The position numbers and the translations under genes were made by a program. A DNA stretch of 64,000 nt from Promethearchaeota archaeon. Its GTDB lineage: Archaea; Asgardarchaeota; Lokiarchaeia; Sigyniarchaeales; SOKP01. The stretch is from the NCBI GenBank assembly GCA_048937405.1, contig JBHLNF010000002.1, forward strand, positions 416,001-480,000, in the 5' to 3' direction. Of the stretch, positions 20,108 to 30,154 are shown in pieces. Below the pieces are notes generated by a model. That model searched no databases. It saw only the letters and a program-made list of their open reading frames with translations, and was not told the DNA's origin. Each line of letters opens with the position of its first letter. The first letter of the stretch is position 1.

Positions 20108-21502
20108 ATGAAAGAACTTGATTTTTTTTTTGATCCTAAATCAGTTGCAATAATTGGGGCTTCAGATAATTATAAATTCGGATATGCTACAACAAAATAT
20201 TTATTGAACTCAAAATTTAAAACATATCCAGTTAACCTCAATAAGCAAGAGATTCATGGACATAAAGTTTATAAGAACATAAAAGATATTCATGAAGATG
20301 TTGAATTAGCGATAGTCCTTGTTGGTAATGAATATGTTCTTCAAGTTGTTAAGGATTGTATTGAAAAGGGTGTAAAAGGGATAATAATAGAAACAGCCGG
20401 TTTTGCGGAGACAGGATTAAAAAAATATATTAATATTCAACATCAAATTGAAAAAATCGCTAAAGATTCAAAGGTTCGAATTATAGGTCCCAATTGCATA
20501 GGAGTAACTAATTTTAATAATCAGTTTTCTTCAGCAGATATGGATTTTGATAAAGCGATTAAAGGATCAATTGCAGTTATAGCTCAATCAGGTGTTTTAG
20601 GAAATATCTTTGTTGATTGGGCTCAAGACAAAGGTATTGGATTTTCAAAAACCATTACAATAGGAAATAAACTAGATGTTGATGAAGTTGATATGCTTAA
20701 TTATTTGAATGATGATCCCGAAACTAAAATTATTACTCTCTATTTAGAAGGCACAAAGCGTGGAAAAGAATTTATAGAGACACTCAAGAATATGAAAAAA
20801 CCAGTAATAATACTTAAAAATGGGAGAAGTGAAATTGGCTCTAAAGCTGTTAATAGTCATACAGGATCACTAGCGGGGAATGACAAAATTTATGATGCTG
20901 CTATCAAACAAAATTCTAAAATTTTTCGAGTTAAAAATTTCTATGAAATGTTTACTATTGCTCATATTTTTGATACTCAACCTTTACCTAGAGGGAAAAA
21001 TATAGCAATAGTAACGGGATCAGGAAGTTTAGGTGCTTTAGCATGTGATGAGATTGAAAGACATGGATTAAATCTTGCGAATTTAAGTAAAAACACAGTC
21101 TCACTTATTAAATCCGTGATTCCTAATTGGGTTTCAATTAGAGGTACCATAGATTTAGGACCGTCTTTATTTCAGACATTTGTCACCTCTATGAAAGCAA
21201 TTTTTGAAGATAAAAATGTTGATGCTATATTATACATTTTTTCAGTCCCTCGGTGGCCACTACAACTTAGGGGCTCTATGGCCTCAGAATGGGCAATTCA
21301 ACAATTTAATATAGTAAAAAAGTTAATTCAGGAATTTAATAAACCAATTGCTTGCGTATGCTTTGGATCGAGATGGACATTTGAATTTCTTAGAAAAGCA
21401 GAATCATTAACCAATCCTGAAATTAAAATTCCTATAATTAGCAGAATAAAACATGCTATTAAAGCTTTTAAAATCATGCATGAATACAATTTAGAACTAT
21501 AG
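20108..21502 (+). CDS. Acyl-CoA synthetase (NDP-forming) alpha subunit / CoA-binding protein
   Basis: PKSVAIIGAS, IIGPNCIG, AQSG, SHTGSLAG (phospho-His motif). Confidence 0.9.
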   Translation: MKELDFFFDPKSVAIIGASDNYKFGYATTKYLLNSKFKTYPVNLNKQEIHGHKVYKNIKDIHEDVELAIVLVGNEYVLQVVKDCIEKGVKGIIIETAGFAETGLKKYINIQHQIEKIAKDSKVRIIGPNCIGVTNFNNQFSSADMDFDKAIKGSIAVIAQSGVLGNIFVDWAQDKGIGFSKTITIGNKLDVDEVDMLNYLNDDPETKIITLYLEGTKRGKEFIETLKNMKKPVIILKNGRSEIGSKAVNSHTGSLAGNDKIYDAAIKQNSKIFRVKNFYEMFTIAHIFDTQPLPRGKNIAIVTGSGSLGALACDEIERHGLNLANLSKNTVSLIKSVIPNWVSIRGTIDLGPSLFQTFVTSMKAIFEDKNVDAILYIFSVPRWPLQLRGSMASEWAIQQFNIVKKLIQEFNKPIACVCFGSRWTFEFLRKAESLTNPEIKIPIISRIKHAIKAFKIMHEYNLEL

Positions 21503-21650
21503 CAGAATTTTTAAAATTTTAAGTTTTAATTCTGAATCTAATTATTTTATTATTATCCTAATTTAAAAACCCTTTTTTTAAAAATTGGACTCCAAATTTT
21601 TTTAATTTAATTAAAATCTCCTCTTAATTAAGTAAAAAATAAATATTGGA

Positions 21651-22181
21651 GTGATAAAAAAAATGGATGGATTAAATTTTTTTGGCACCACATGGCAAGA
21701 AATTGTTGATTGGTTTCTGATTCAACCACTTTATGCACAAGTCCTTGTTTTAATAGGTGTTATTGCAGTTTTAATTCTTGCGGTAATTTTAGTATACTAT
21801 ATTCTAAAGGGTGTTGGATATTTAATATATTATATTTTAAAAGGACTATATTATCTTTTCAAAGGAATCGGTTTACTATTTTATAAGGGCTTTCAAGGAT
21901 TATATTACGCAATTTCAGGGAAACCTAAACCCAATAAAAATCAAGATGATACACAACAATTTTCACCTCAGGTTATAATAGTTAAACAACCAAAAGAACC
22001 TATTGTTCCAATTCAAGAAACCACTCAAATTGTTAGACCTGAAGTGACGTATTGTAGTGAATGTGGAATGAAATTCTCAGAATCGATGATTCAAACTTTA
22101 TCAGAAAGAGGATTTGCCTACTGTATTCATTGTGGAAATAAAAAAACTCAAGAAAACCATATGAGTATTGAAGTTCAATAA
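21651..22181 (+). CDS. Membrane protein with C-terminal zinc ribbon
   Basis: Hydrophobic N-half with repeated YYILKG; CSECG...CIHCG. Confidence 0.65.
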   Translation: MIKKMDGLNFFGTTWQEIVDWFLIQPLYAQVLVLIGVIAVLILAVILVYYILKGVGYLIYYILKGLYYLFKGIGLLFYKGFQGLYYAISGKPKPNKNQDDTQQFSPQVIIVKQPKEPIVPIQETTQIVRPEVTYCSECGMKFSESMIQTLSERGFAYCIHCGNKKTQENHMSIEVQ

Positions 22182-22223
22182 TTTTTTTATTCTCTTTTTT
22201 TTAATCAATTTTAGAAAATTAAT

Positions 22224-22823
22224 TCATATCAGTATATTATTTCTAAAATATCTTTTGCTGATGTTATAATATAAATAGAATACTAAGAGGTAATGAATTA
22301 GTATACAAAAGATTATTCCAAAACTTAGAAACATATAGCCAAGGTATAATCCCATTAAGAAAGGATATATCAAGTTTACTAATAAAAGTGTTCTATTTTT
22401 ATATGAAAACCATGCATGGAAATGATATAATGAAAAGATTAGGCTTGAAATAAAAATAACAGACAGATCATCTAAATTTAATGAATTTATCAAGATTCCA
22501 ATTAGATAATACCTAAAAATTAATTCTTCCATAATCATTGTTAATGGTAAAAATATCAATATGATTTTTCTATTATTTCCTTCAATTAAAGCATTTGTAA
22601 CATCATGTTTCCGCATCAATTCGATATTATCCTTATTGAAAATAAAAATTTCAATAAATTTTCCTATGGTTAGAAGAATAAGTAAACCAAAGAGTAAAAA
22701 TAAAATTATAAAAAGATTAAATTCTCTGATTACAAGATATCTAACATTAAAGCCAAAAAATATTGGAATAAACAATAATATAGATACAAGAGTAATAATT
22801 GTGTATTTATTAGAGTTTTCCAA
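22224..22823 (-). CDS. CPBP family intramembrane metalloprotease (Abi/Rce1-like)
   Basis: EELIFR, FSLYH and H motifs within TM helices. Confidence 0.85.
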   Translation of the reverse strand: MENSNKYTIITLVSILLFIPIFFGFNVRYLVIREFNLFIILFLLFGLLILLTIGKFIEIFIFNKDNIELMRKHDVTNALIEGNNRKIILIFLPLTMIMEELIFRYYLIGILINSLNLDDLSVIFISSLIFSLYHFHAWFSYKNRTLLLVNLIYPFLMGLYLGYMFLSFGIIFCILIHYLLVFYLYYNISKRYFRNNILI

Positions 22824-22881
22824 GATTCTACATACCTAAATTCCAATCTTTTATTTAATTTAGCGATATAAGTAAGAAAAT

Positions 22882-23166
22882 TCAATTAGGATAATCATTT
22901 TTAGAGCCCATTAGAGTAGTGGTTTCTTCAATCCACTGCGATAATTCCTGATCTAATCTACAATAAGTGACTACTTTATCTATATCTTTTAATTTAGAAA
23001 AAGAACATTCAACCATAACATCCCACCCTCCATACACAGGAGTGGCATAAGTAATTTTCCAATCTTCATCTGGTTGAGTAGATTTTAAGTCTTTTAATTT
23101 TTCAACAACGCTCCATTCTGTTCCAACTGCTTTTAAACGAATCAATATGTATCCTCGATAATAAAT
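22882..23166 (-). CDS. Stand-alone Lrp/AsnC ligand-binding (RAM-like) domain protein; start uncertain (ATT 23166 or TTG 23145)
   Basis: YRGYILIRL...VYGGWDVMVE...ETTTL pattern; SD-like GAGGTG at 23173-23178. Confidence 0.65.
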   Translation of the reverse strand: MYYRGYILIRLKAVGTEWSVVEKLKDLKSTQPDEDWKITYATPVYGGWDVMVECSFSKLKDIDKVVTYCRLDQELSQWIEETTTLMGSKNDYPN

Positions 23167-23370
23167 TTCCTACACCTCGATTTTTTCAATTTAAGAAAAT
23201 TTTCTTCTTCTTTCTAATATTTATTTAACTTTAAATTGGAATATATTAAAGTAATTTAATGTTGCTATTATAAATTGTTTTAATAAACATTTAAGGTAAA
23301 ACTACTAAAAATGATTGGTATACATCATAATATAACTAAAATTGTCTTAGACACCTCAATCAACTTTCTC

Positions 23371-23388
23371 TTTACTCAAGTTTAAATA
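23371..23388 (+). promoter_or_regulatory. Putative BRE/TATA promoter element, copy 1 (TTTACTCAAGTTTAAATA)
   Basis: Identical 18-mer at 25502-25519; both copies lie about 75-80 nt upstream of paralogous Rag-like genes and end in TTTAAATA. Confidence 0.65.
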
Positions 23389-23463
23389 ATTCGACTTTTT
23401 TTTCTTTATAAAAAATCACAATTTTTGTCTTTTTTTTTAAAAATAAAAAGTTGAATTTTCCTT

Positions 23464-24366
23464 ATGACAACAAAAATCACTTTTATTGGTATGCCTGAAG
23501 TAGGAAAGACAACCATTAAGAAAGTAATTTTCGATGGAGAAGATCCAAATAAATTAATTTTATTTCCTCTTGAAGCCTCTTTAAGGATTGATTATTCTGT
23601 ACATGAGTTTATGGGTTCTAAAATTGTTTTAATAGATACTCCAGGGCAAACTTTATCAGATTTATTAGAAAATGATGAAAAGCAAAAAAGAGCCTTCGAA
23701 AATGCTAATGCGATAATCTATATTTTCGATTATCCTACTTACATAAAAAATTCTGAAGCGATAATCAATGATATCAGGAATCTTTATAATGTCAATAGAA
23801 AACATGAATTTGGGGCTAAAATTATATTGTTTTTACATAAAGTCGATCTTATCCTAGCTAAAAAAATTGGTTTTAAACTTGCTATTGTCCAAAAACAAAT
23901 TAATAAATTACTAAGTTTGCCTGAGGATTTGCCTATTCATTTTACAAGCTTACATCCTAACTTAATATATACAGTTTATAATGCGTTATCAGATACAATC
24001 GGGATATTTTCAGATGAAATTTCAAGTTTAAAGAATATACTTAAAAACTTCATGAAGGAGTTATCTAAGACAATTATTTTAGTATCTAATAAAGAAGATA
24101 ACCTAATAATTCAAATATTATCTGATGATTTTGATACATCTCTTCTCTTTTCTATTTATGAAAATATTTATAGATCACGCAAATCACCAGATGATATCTT
24201 AGCTAAGAGCAGTTTAATTATGTTAGATTCCAATATATTGCATGTTGTGAAGTCAAATATCTCAACTTTGAATATAAATTTTAAAAACATGATAATAATA
24301 TCTGAAACACTAAAAATTAATGAGTTAGAAAACCTAATTGGAGAAATCAAAGAGAGAATAAATTGA
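23464..24366 (+). CDS. Rag/Gtr-like small GTPase with C-terminal roadblock/longin-like domain (copy 1)
   Basis: G1 GMPEVGKT, G3 DTPGQ, Rag-type G4 HKVD, G5 FTSL; C-terminal alpha/beta extension. Confidence 0.8.
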   Translation: MTTKITFIGMPEVGKTTIKKVIFDGEDPNKLILFPLEASLRIDYSVHEFMGSKIVLIDTPGQTLSDLLENDEKQKRAFENANAIIYIFDYPTYIKNSEAIINDIRNLYNVNRKHEFGAKIILFLHKVDLILAKKIGFKLAIVQKQINKLLSLPEDLPIHFTSLHPNLIYTVYNALSDTIGIFSDEISSLKNILKNFMKELSKTIILVSNKEDNLIIQILSDDFDTSLLFSIYENIYRSRKSPDDILAKSSLIMLDSNILHVVKSNISTLNINFKNMIIISETLKINELENLIGEIKERIN

Positions 24367-24382
24367 TTCTAAGACCATAAAT

Positions 24383-25420
24383 ATGTTACGTCAAGCTTAT
24401 ATACTTCTTAATGATGAGCTTCTATATCAAAAAAGTTATGCAAAAGGTATTGATGCTTCTTTTTTTACAAAAGTATACTCGAGAGTTAAAAAAGATTCAT
24501 TTTCTTTAAAAGGAAGTGAAATTGGTCTTTTTGAGTTTTTTGAAAGTAGAATTTCATATATAGTTGATAAAGAACTAAAATTAATTTTTCTTCTTATTGT
24601 TGGATTCTCAGATGATTTTGATGGTATTAAACTACTTCTACTCGATTTGAAGAAAAAATTTTTGAATACTTTTGGTCAGAATATTAGAAATAATGATATA
24701 TCCTTCAAAACTGAAGATATCAATCCCATTATTGATTCTATTCAAAGGAATTTCAAGGCAAAAATCTCAATAGTAGGGAGTTCAGGAGTAGGAAAAACAA
24801 CAATCGCTAGGCTAATTAAAGCTGAAGAAATTCCTATTGAACATATCCCTACTATCACTGGTAAGGTTGCAACTATTAAACTTGAAGAAACAAGTCTTTA
24901 TTTATGGGATTTTGCAGGTCAAGATGATTTTGATTATCTCTGGGAAAATTTCATGATGGGGAGTGATGCTATACTTGTAATGACAGATTCTACTCTAGAA
25001 AATATTGAAAAAAGCAAAAAATTTATAGATATTGCTAGTAAAATTACCCCTTATTCACGTATCGCAATTATTGCTAATAAACAAGACTTACCCAACGCAA
25101 TGAAAATAGAAGATATCGAAGAAAAAATGGGGCAAAAAACCTATGCTATGATTGGAATAGATCCAAATAATAGAATTAAAATCATAAGGATAATTGCAGA
25201 TCTCTTAGATATTAATCCTCAAGTATCACCACTATTAAAGCCAATGCTTGAAAGAGAACTTTTGATGCATAAAGTACAAAATGCATTAGATCAAGGGAAC
25301 CTCAATGATACCGTAGAATTTTTTGATAGAATTAGTAGAGTATGTTATGAAATTGGAGATCAAAGACAAGCCATTGAATTTAAAAGTAAAGCTGATAAGT
25401 TACGTCTTTTAGTAGATTAG
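24383..25420 (+). CDS. Longin domain + Arf-like small GTPase + helical C-terminus (copy 1)
   Basis: Longin-like N-terminus; GSSGVGKT, PTI, WDFAGQ, NKQD; TPR/MIT-like tail. Confidence 0.85.
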   Translation: MLRQAYILLNDELLYQKSYAKGIDASFFTKVYSRVKKDSFSLKGSEIGLFEFFESRISYIVDKELKLIFLLIVGFSDDFDGIKLLLLDLKKKFLNTFGQNIRNNDISFKTEDINPIIDSIQRNFKAKISIVGSSGVGKTTIARLIKAEEIPIEHIPTITGKVATIKLEETSLYLWDFAGQDDFDYLWENFMMGSDAILVMTDSTLENIEKSKKFIDIASKITPYSRIAIIANKQDLPNAMKIEDIEEKMGQKTYAMIGIDPNNRIKIIRIIADLLDINPQVSPLLKPMLERELLMHKVQNALDQGNLNDTVEFFDRISRVCYEIGDQRQAIEFKSKADKLRLLVD

Positions 25421-25501
25421 GTATATATTCATTTTCATAAATTTCTTTTATTATATATCCTATTGGAATTGAAAAAGATTCTCTAAATGGAAATCTATCG
25501 T

Positions 25502-25519
25502 TTTACTCAAGTTTAAATA
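25502..25519 (+). promoter_or_regulatory. Putative BRE/TATA promoter element, copy 2
   Basis: Exact repeat of 23371-23388. Confidence 0.65.
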
Positions 25520-25598
25520 CATCAATTATTATTTGAATATAAAAAAATACTTATTTTTCCTAGTAAAAAATATAGTTATAGAAGTAAGATGCTGAATT

Positions 25599-26516
25599 AT
25601 GATAACAAAACGCGTTTCCTTGGTTGGCAAGCCTGCAGTTGGAAAGACAACAATTAAGAAAGTAATTTTTGAAGGAGAAGATCCTAATGAATTAGTTCTT
25701 TTCCCTCTCGAAGCAACAATTGGGATACAATATTCTGTGCATGAATTTATGAATATGAAAATAAGTTTAATAGATACACCTGGTCAATCCTTACCAATCC
25801 TATTACAGGATGAAGAAAAACAGATTACATCGTTTGAAAATACAGGGGCAATAATATATATTTTTGATTATCCAACCTGGATTACTGATTCTCAAGCTAT
25901 TATTGATGATATTCAAACTATATATAAAATTAATAAAAAACATAATTTTGGATCGAAAATTATTTTGTTTTTACATAAAGTTGATCTTTTAATAGATAAG
26001 AAGATTGGGAGTAGACTTGATCTTATTGGAAAACAAATATATAATCAATTAGATCTACCAGAAAAGTTTCCTATATATTTCACCAGTTTACATCCAAATT
26101 TAATTTACACAATCTATAATGCAATTTCAGATACAATTAGTAATTTTTCAGAAGATTCTTCAAGATTGAAAGAGATTTTAAAGAAATTAGTAGAAAAAAC
26201 TTCTAAAACAATATGCTTTGTTTCTAATAAAGAAGGTAACCTAATTATTCAGACTTCTAGTTTAGATTTTGATACAACTACTCTTTATTATTTATATGAA
26301 AAAATATATCACTCAATTAAAACCACAGAGCAACCTCTTTTTAACAGTAAGTTTATAAACGCAGGACCTAAATTATTATATGTGATAGTTGAGGATATTA
26401 ATAAATTTCATCCTAACTTTAAAAATCTACTATTTTTCTCCGAAGTATTGAAAGAAAATGAATTGAATACGTTAACAAATGAAGTTAAGAAAAAACTTGA
26501 GCAATTATATAATTAA
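25599..26516 (+). CDS. Rag/Gtr-like small GTPase with C-terminal roadblock/longin-like domain (copy 2)
   Basis: GKPAVGKT, DTPGQ, HKVD, FTSLHPN; clear paralogue of 23464-24366. Confidence 0.8.
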   Translation: MITKRVSLVGKPAVGKTTIKKVIFEGEDPNELVLFPLEATIGIQYSVHEFMNMKISLIDTPGQSLPILLQDEEKQITSFENTGAIIYIFDYPTWITDSQAIIDDIQTIYKINKKHNFGSKIILFLHKVDLLIDKKIGSRLDLIGKQIYNQLDLPEKFPIYFTSLHPNLIYTIYNAISDTISNFSEDSSRLKEILKKLVEKTSKTICFVSNKEGNLIIQTSSLDFDTTTLYYLYEKIYHSIKTTEQPLFNSKFINAGPKLLYVIVEDINKFHPNFKNLLFFSEVLKENELNTLTNEVKKKLEQLYN

Positions 26517-26537
26517 TATATTATTGAGAAAAAAGAG

Positions 26538-27575
26538 ATGCTAAGACAAATCTATATAATTTTAAATGACAGAATAATATATCAACGGAATTATGCTAAA
26601 GGTTTAGATGAAACTCTTTTTTCAAATGTCCTTTTAAATATCAAAAAAACGGTTTTTGCCAAATTTGCTGAAGAAACTGCATCTTATGAGTTTTTTACAT
26701 ATAAACTTTCATATATTGTAGAGAAAAGTTTGAAATTAATATTACTTTTTGTTACTGGTCTAGGAGATGATTTTAAGAATATAAAACCTCAATTACAGAA
26801 TTTTAAAAAAGAATTCATAGATTATTTTGGTGATAATTTAACTTCTGATAATCCAACAATCATCACTGATGTTCTTGATCCTATAATTGATGCCATTCAT
26901 AGAAATTTAAAACCTAAAATATCTATTGTGGGATTTTCTGGAGTAGGGAAAACTACTACTACTAAACTAATAAAATCAGAAGAAATCCCAATGCAACATA
27001 TCCCAACTATTACTGGTGAGGTTGCAACAATAAAAATTGGCAAATTACACTTCTTCCTATGGGATTTTGCAGGTCAAGATCAATTTGATTTTCTTTGGGA
27101 GAAATTTATTAAGGGAAGCGATGCTGTTCTCTTGATGACGGATTCAACATTAGAAAACCTTGAAAAAAGTAAATATTTCTTTGAATTAGTTAATAAGATA
27201 ATCCCATACGCTCGTTTAGCAGTTATTGCTAACAAACAAGATCTTCCAGAGGCAATGAAGATAGAGGATATTGAGAGATTAATGGGACAAAAAACTTATT
27301 CTATGATTGCTATTGACCCATATAATCGACCAAAAATGATTCGTATTATAGCAGATCTTTTAGATATGGATGCAAAAGTATCACCATTATTAAAACCTAT
27401 TTTTGAAAGAGATTTATTGATGGATAAAGTTCAAAATGCTTTAGAACAAGGAGAATTTAACCAAGCAGTTGAAATTTTTGAAAAAATAAGTAATTTATGT
27501 TTAGAACTGGGAGATGATTCTCTTTCAATAGAGCTCCAAGAAAAGGCAGATAAAATTAAAAGTCTATTAGGATAA
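26538..27575 (+). CDS. Longin domain + Arf-like small GTPase + helical C-terminus (copy 2)
   Basis: GFSGVGKT, WDFAGQ, NKQD; paralogue of 24383-25420. Confidence 0.85.
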   Translation: MLRQIYIILNDRIIYQRNYAKGLDETLFSNVLLNIKKTVFAKFAEETASYEFFTYKLSYIVEKSLKLILLFVTGLGDDFKNIKPQLQNFKKEFIDYFGDNLTSDNPTIITDVLDPIIDAIHRNLKPKISIVGFSGVGKTTTTKLIKSEEIPMQHIPTITGEVATIKIGKLHFFLWDFAGQDQFDFLWEKFIKGSDAVLLMTDSTLENLEKSKYFFELVNKIIPYARLAVIANKQDLPEAMKIEDIERLMGQKTYSMIAIDPYNRPKMIRIIADLLDMDAKVSPLLKPIFERDLLMDKVQNALEQGEFNQAVEIFEKISNLCLELGDDSLSIELQEKADKIKSLLG

Positions 27576-29234
27576 TTACCATGTTCTTGTTAAATTTTGG
27601 AGAAAAACCAATACTTCATCCTTTTTAATAGGTACAATATCAGACCGAAAAACAATTTGATTTTCTTTATATAGGATTATAAACTTCATTATTACAGATT
27701 CTTCATTTTCTAAAGCTTTTTCTATATTATTTAATGTATCTTCAGCAATTTTTTCTGGTAAAACATCATAAACACTTCTTCCGATAAAATTTTCAGTAGA
27801 AGTAGCTATTTTGAAAATTTTTTCTATTTTACTATCTAATTGAGCATCTATGAAAATTCCCTCTGCAGATATTCGAAAAATCGAGAAAGGAATATGTTTC
27901 ATAAGAATTGAATTTTTAGCTTCATTTTGTAATAATTCTTCTTGATTTTTGAGTTTATCTATCGCTGTTCCTATCTCCAAAGCAATTGAAATAATTAATT
28001 CCATCTCATCAGGAGAAATCTTTTTGTTATCATTTAGAATCATATTAATTGATCCAATAATTTCAAATTTTGAAAATAGAGGGATCACCGCTCCTGAAAT
28101 TGAATTATCCCCTTTAAAAAACTGTTTTATAGCGCTTGGAAAATTCTCATTAAAGAGTGCTACTCCTTGTGAAAAAACAATTTCAAAAGGACTAGTTTTA
28201 ATATTGATATTATTATTATTTTCATAAAAGAATTGTGGAAGTCCCTTATGAGCTTTGATTGTTGCTACATTCTGCAATTTATTAACTAGATATATACAAC
28301 ATCCATTAAGGTTTAGAAAATTAATAATGGAATTTATTGTTTTGTCAAGAAGCTCAGATAAGCTAGTTGCCTGATTTGCAATACTGATAAAATTATTCAG
28401 GGTATCTATTTTCTTAGCATGTCCCTTAAGTTTCTCTTCAATTGAATAAACATCAGTAAAATCATGAAATAGATATTGAATATAAAATTCTTCTCCTAAC
28501 TTTATTTCATTTACACTGACTTCTAAATATAAAAGTGTACCTGTGGATTCCTTCTTTCTTGAAATTATTGGGGGTGGTTGTTCTAGTAAGTGATAAATCA
28601 TATTTGGATCGACTAAACCTTCATCAAATAGATCAAGTTGCAATGCTTTAATCCCAACAATTTCTTCCCTAGTCTTTTCCACTAATCTTTCAGCTTCTAA
28701 ATTCGCATCAATTATTACCCCCGTATCACGATTCATAATGAATATTGCATCTCGAGCTGCCTGAAACAAAGATTGATAACGTTGTTCGGCCATTTCTAAA
28801 GTTTTGAGTACAGGTTTGATTGATTCAAAATATGAGAAAAAGAAATTTTGAATTTCTTTTAACTTATTAGTATCAGCCTTGTGATCTTTAGGTTCATAAT
28901 CGAATGCTAGATAAGCATCGTCAAGGTTGATAAGATAATTAGCAAATCCTTTAAGAAGTCTATTAGCTAACATTAAACTTATCTGGGTTTTAATATCAGT
29001 TAATATTGTTATTAAGAAACTCTCATACCCTCCTCTAGCAAATTTATTAGGTTGTTTGAAGAATAAATTTGCAGTCTTAATTTCTTTAAAAATATGAATA
29101 AAAACACCCTTGGTTGGGAGTTCTATTAGTGATGGAATATCTTGAATGCTTTCATCTTTTAATGAATCTGGTGCTTTCAAAAAAATGCTTGGTCCATAAA
29201 GAGGATCAAAACGTACAAGCAATAATCCAATCAA
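27576..29234 (-). CDS. uDENN/longin-like N-terminal domain + PAS + GAF + PAS sensor protein (no kinase domain)
   Basis: N-terminal RFDPLYGP..ARGGYE; PAS (RYQSLFQAARDAIF..IIDANLEAE); GAF (CIYL..VIPL..IIGSI); C-terminal PAS ending FLQNLT. Confidence 0.75.
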   Translation of the reverse strand: MIGLLLVRFDPLYGPSIFLKAPDSLKDESIQDIPSLIELPTKGVFIHIFKEIKTANLFFKQPNKFARGGYESFLITILTDIKTQISLMLANRLLKGFANYLINLDDAYLAFDYEPKDHKADTNKLKEIQNFFFSYFESIKPVLKTLEMAEQRYQSLFQAARDAIFIMNRDTGVIIDANLEAERLVEKTREEIVGIKALQLDLFDEGLVDPNMIYHLLEQPPPIISRKKESTGTLLYLEVSVNEIKLGEEFYIQYLFHDFTDVYSIEEKLKGHAKKIDTLNNFISIANQATSLSELLDKTINSIINFLNLNGCCIYLVNKLQNVATIKAHKGLPQFFYENNNNINIKTSPFEIVFSQGVALFNENFPSAIKQFFKGDNSISGAVIPLFSKFEIIGSINMILNDNKKISPDEMELIISIALEIGTAIDKLKNQEELLQNEAKNSILMKHIPFSIFRISAEGIFIDAQLDSKIEKIFKIATSTENFIGRSVYDVLPEKIAEDTLNNIEKALENEESVIMKFIILYKENQIVFRSDIVPIKKDEVLVFLQNLTRTW

Positions 29235-29487
29235 GATATTTCACGTCTTTATAGATATAATTACGAATTTTTAATAATAATAGAATTATAAAAATTTATT
29301 GATATACAATTGTTTTTTAACAATATATACAGAAATTAGTCCCAATGAATTTTAAAGTTAAATGAAATAAGAAAATATTAGTATATATTTTAGCTTAAAG
29401 TAGTCATAACTCCCTCTTAAGACAGTCAACATCAATTTATATTTCTATAGAGAAATATTCTAAAAGGATAAATTTTTTTTCATTATC

Positions 29488-30153
29488 ATGGAGGATTTAA
29501 ATACTTATTTACAACCAACAGAATTTCTTGATTTTAATAAAAAAAGTGTAAGTAGAAAAGCTTTTGAAATTACAGATGGGCTAACAACCGATAAAGAAAA
29601 GGCTATTGCTCTATTTTATTGGGTTAGAGATAAAATCAAGTATAACATGTATACATATGATCCAAGTAATAAATCAAATCTTAAAGCTTCTGTTACATTA
29701 CATAGAGGTAATGGATTTTGTATGTCAAAAGCTATTTTATTATCAACTTTTGCTAGAGCAGTAGGTATTCCTGCAAGAATTCATATGGTCGATATTATTA
29801 ATCACAAAATTCCTAATTGGATTGAGGAATTAATGGGAACTAGAACATTTCATTGTCATGGTTATAGTGAATTATATATAGATGGGAAATGGAGTAAATT
29901 AACTCCCGTCTTTGATAAAAAAACAGTAATTAAGGCAGGTTATGAACCATTAGTAGAATATGACGGAGAAAATGATGCTCTTTTAGCTCAATATGATAAA
30001 GAAGGGAATTTATTCGTAGAGTATACTGAAGATCATGGTATTTATACTGATGTACCATTAGAAAAAATTAGAGATATCTTCGCAAAAAACTATGGTAAGT
30101 TTCGTGATAAAGAAAAGTTTCAAAAACTTGTAAAATTAAAAAGAGAAAAATAA
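29488..30153 (+). CDS. Transglutaminase-like protein
   Basis: GFCMSKAILL...ARAVGIPAR...HGYSELYIDGKW. Confidence 0.88.
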   Translation: MEDLNTYLQPTEFLDFNKKSVSRKAFEITDGLTTDKEKAIALFYWVRDKIKYNMYTYDPSNKSNLKASVTLHRGNGFCMSKAILLSTFARAVGIPARIHMVDIINHKIPNWIEELMGTRTFHCHGYSELYIDGKWSKLTPVFDKKTVIKAGYEPLVEYDGENDALLAQYDKEGNLFVEYTEDHGIYTDVPLEKIRDIFAKNYGKFRDKEKFQKLVKLKREK

Positions 30154-30154
30154 T

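Noticed and set aside
13105-27575. Eukaryote-like prenylation pathway (prenyltransferase fold + CAAX protease + small GTPases)
   Set aside because: None of the four GTPases ends in a Cys motif (KERIN, RLLVD, EQLYN, KSLLG), and the ABC-fused toroid looks extracellular and lacks the DxC Zn motif.
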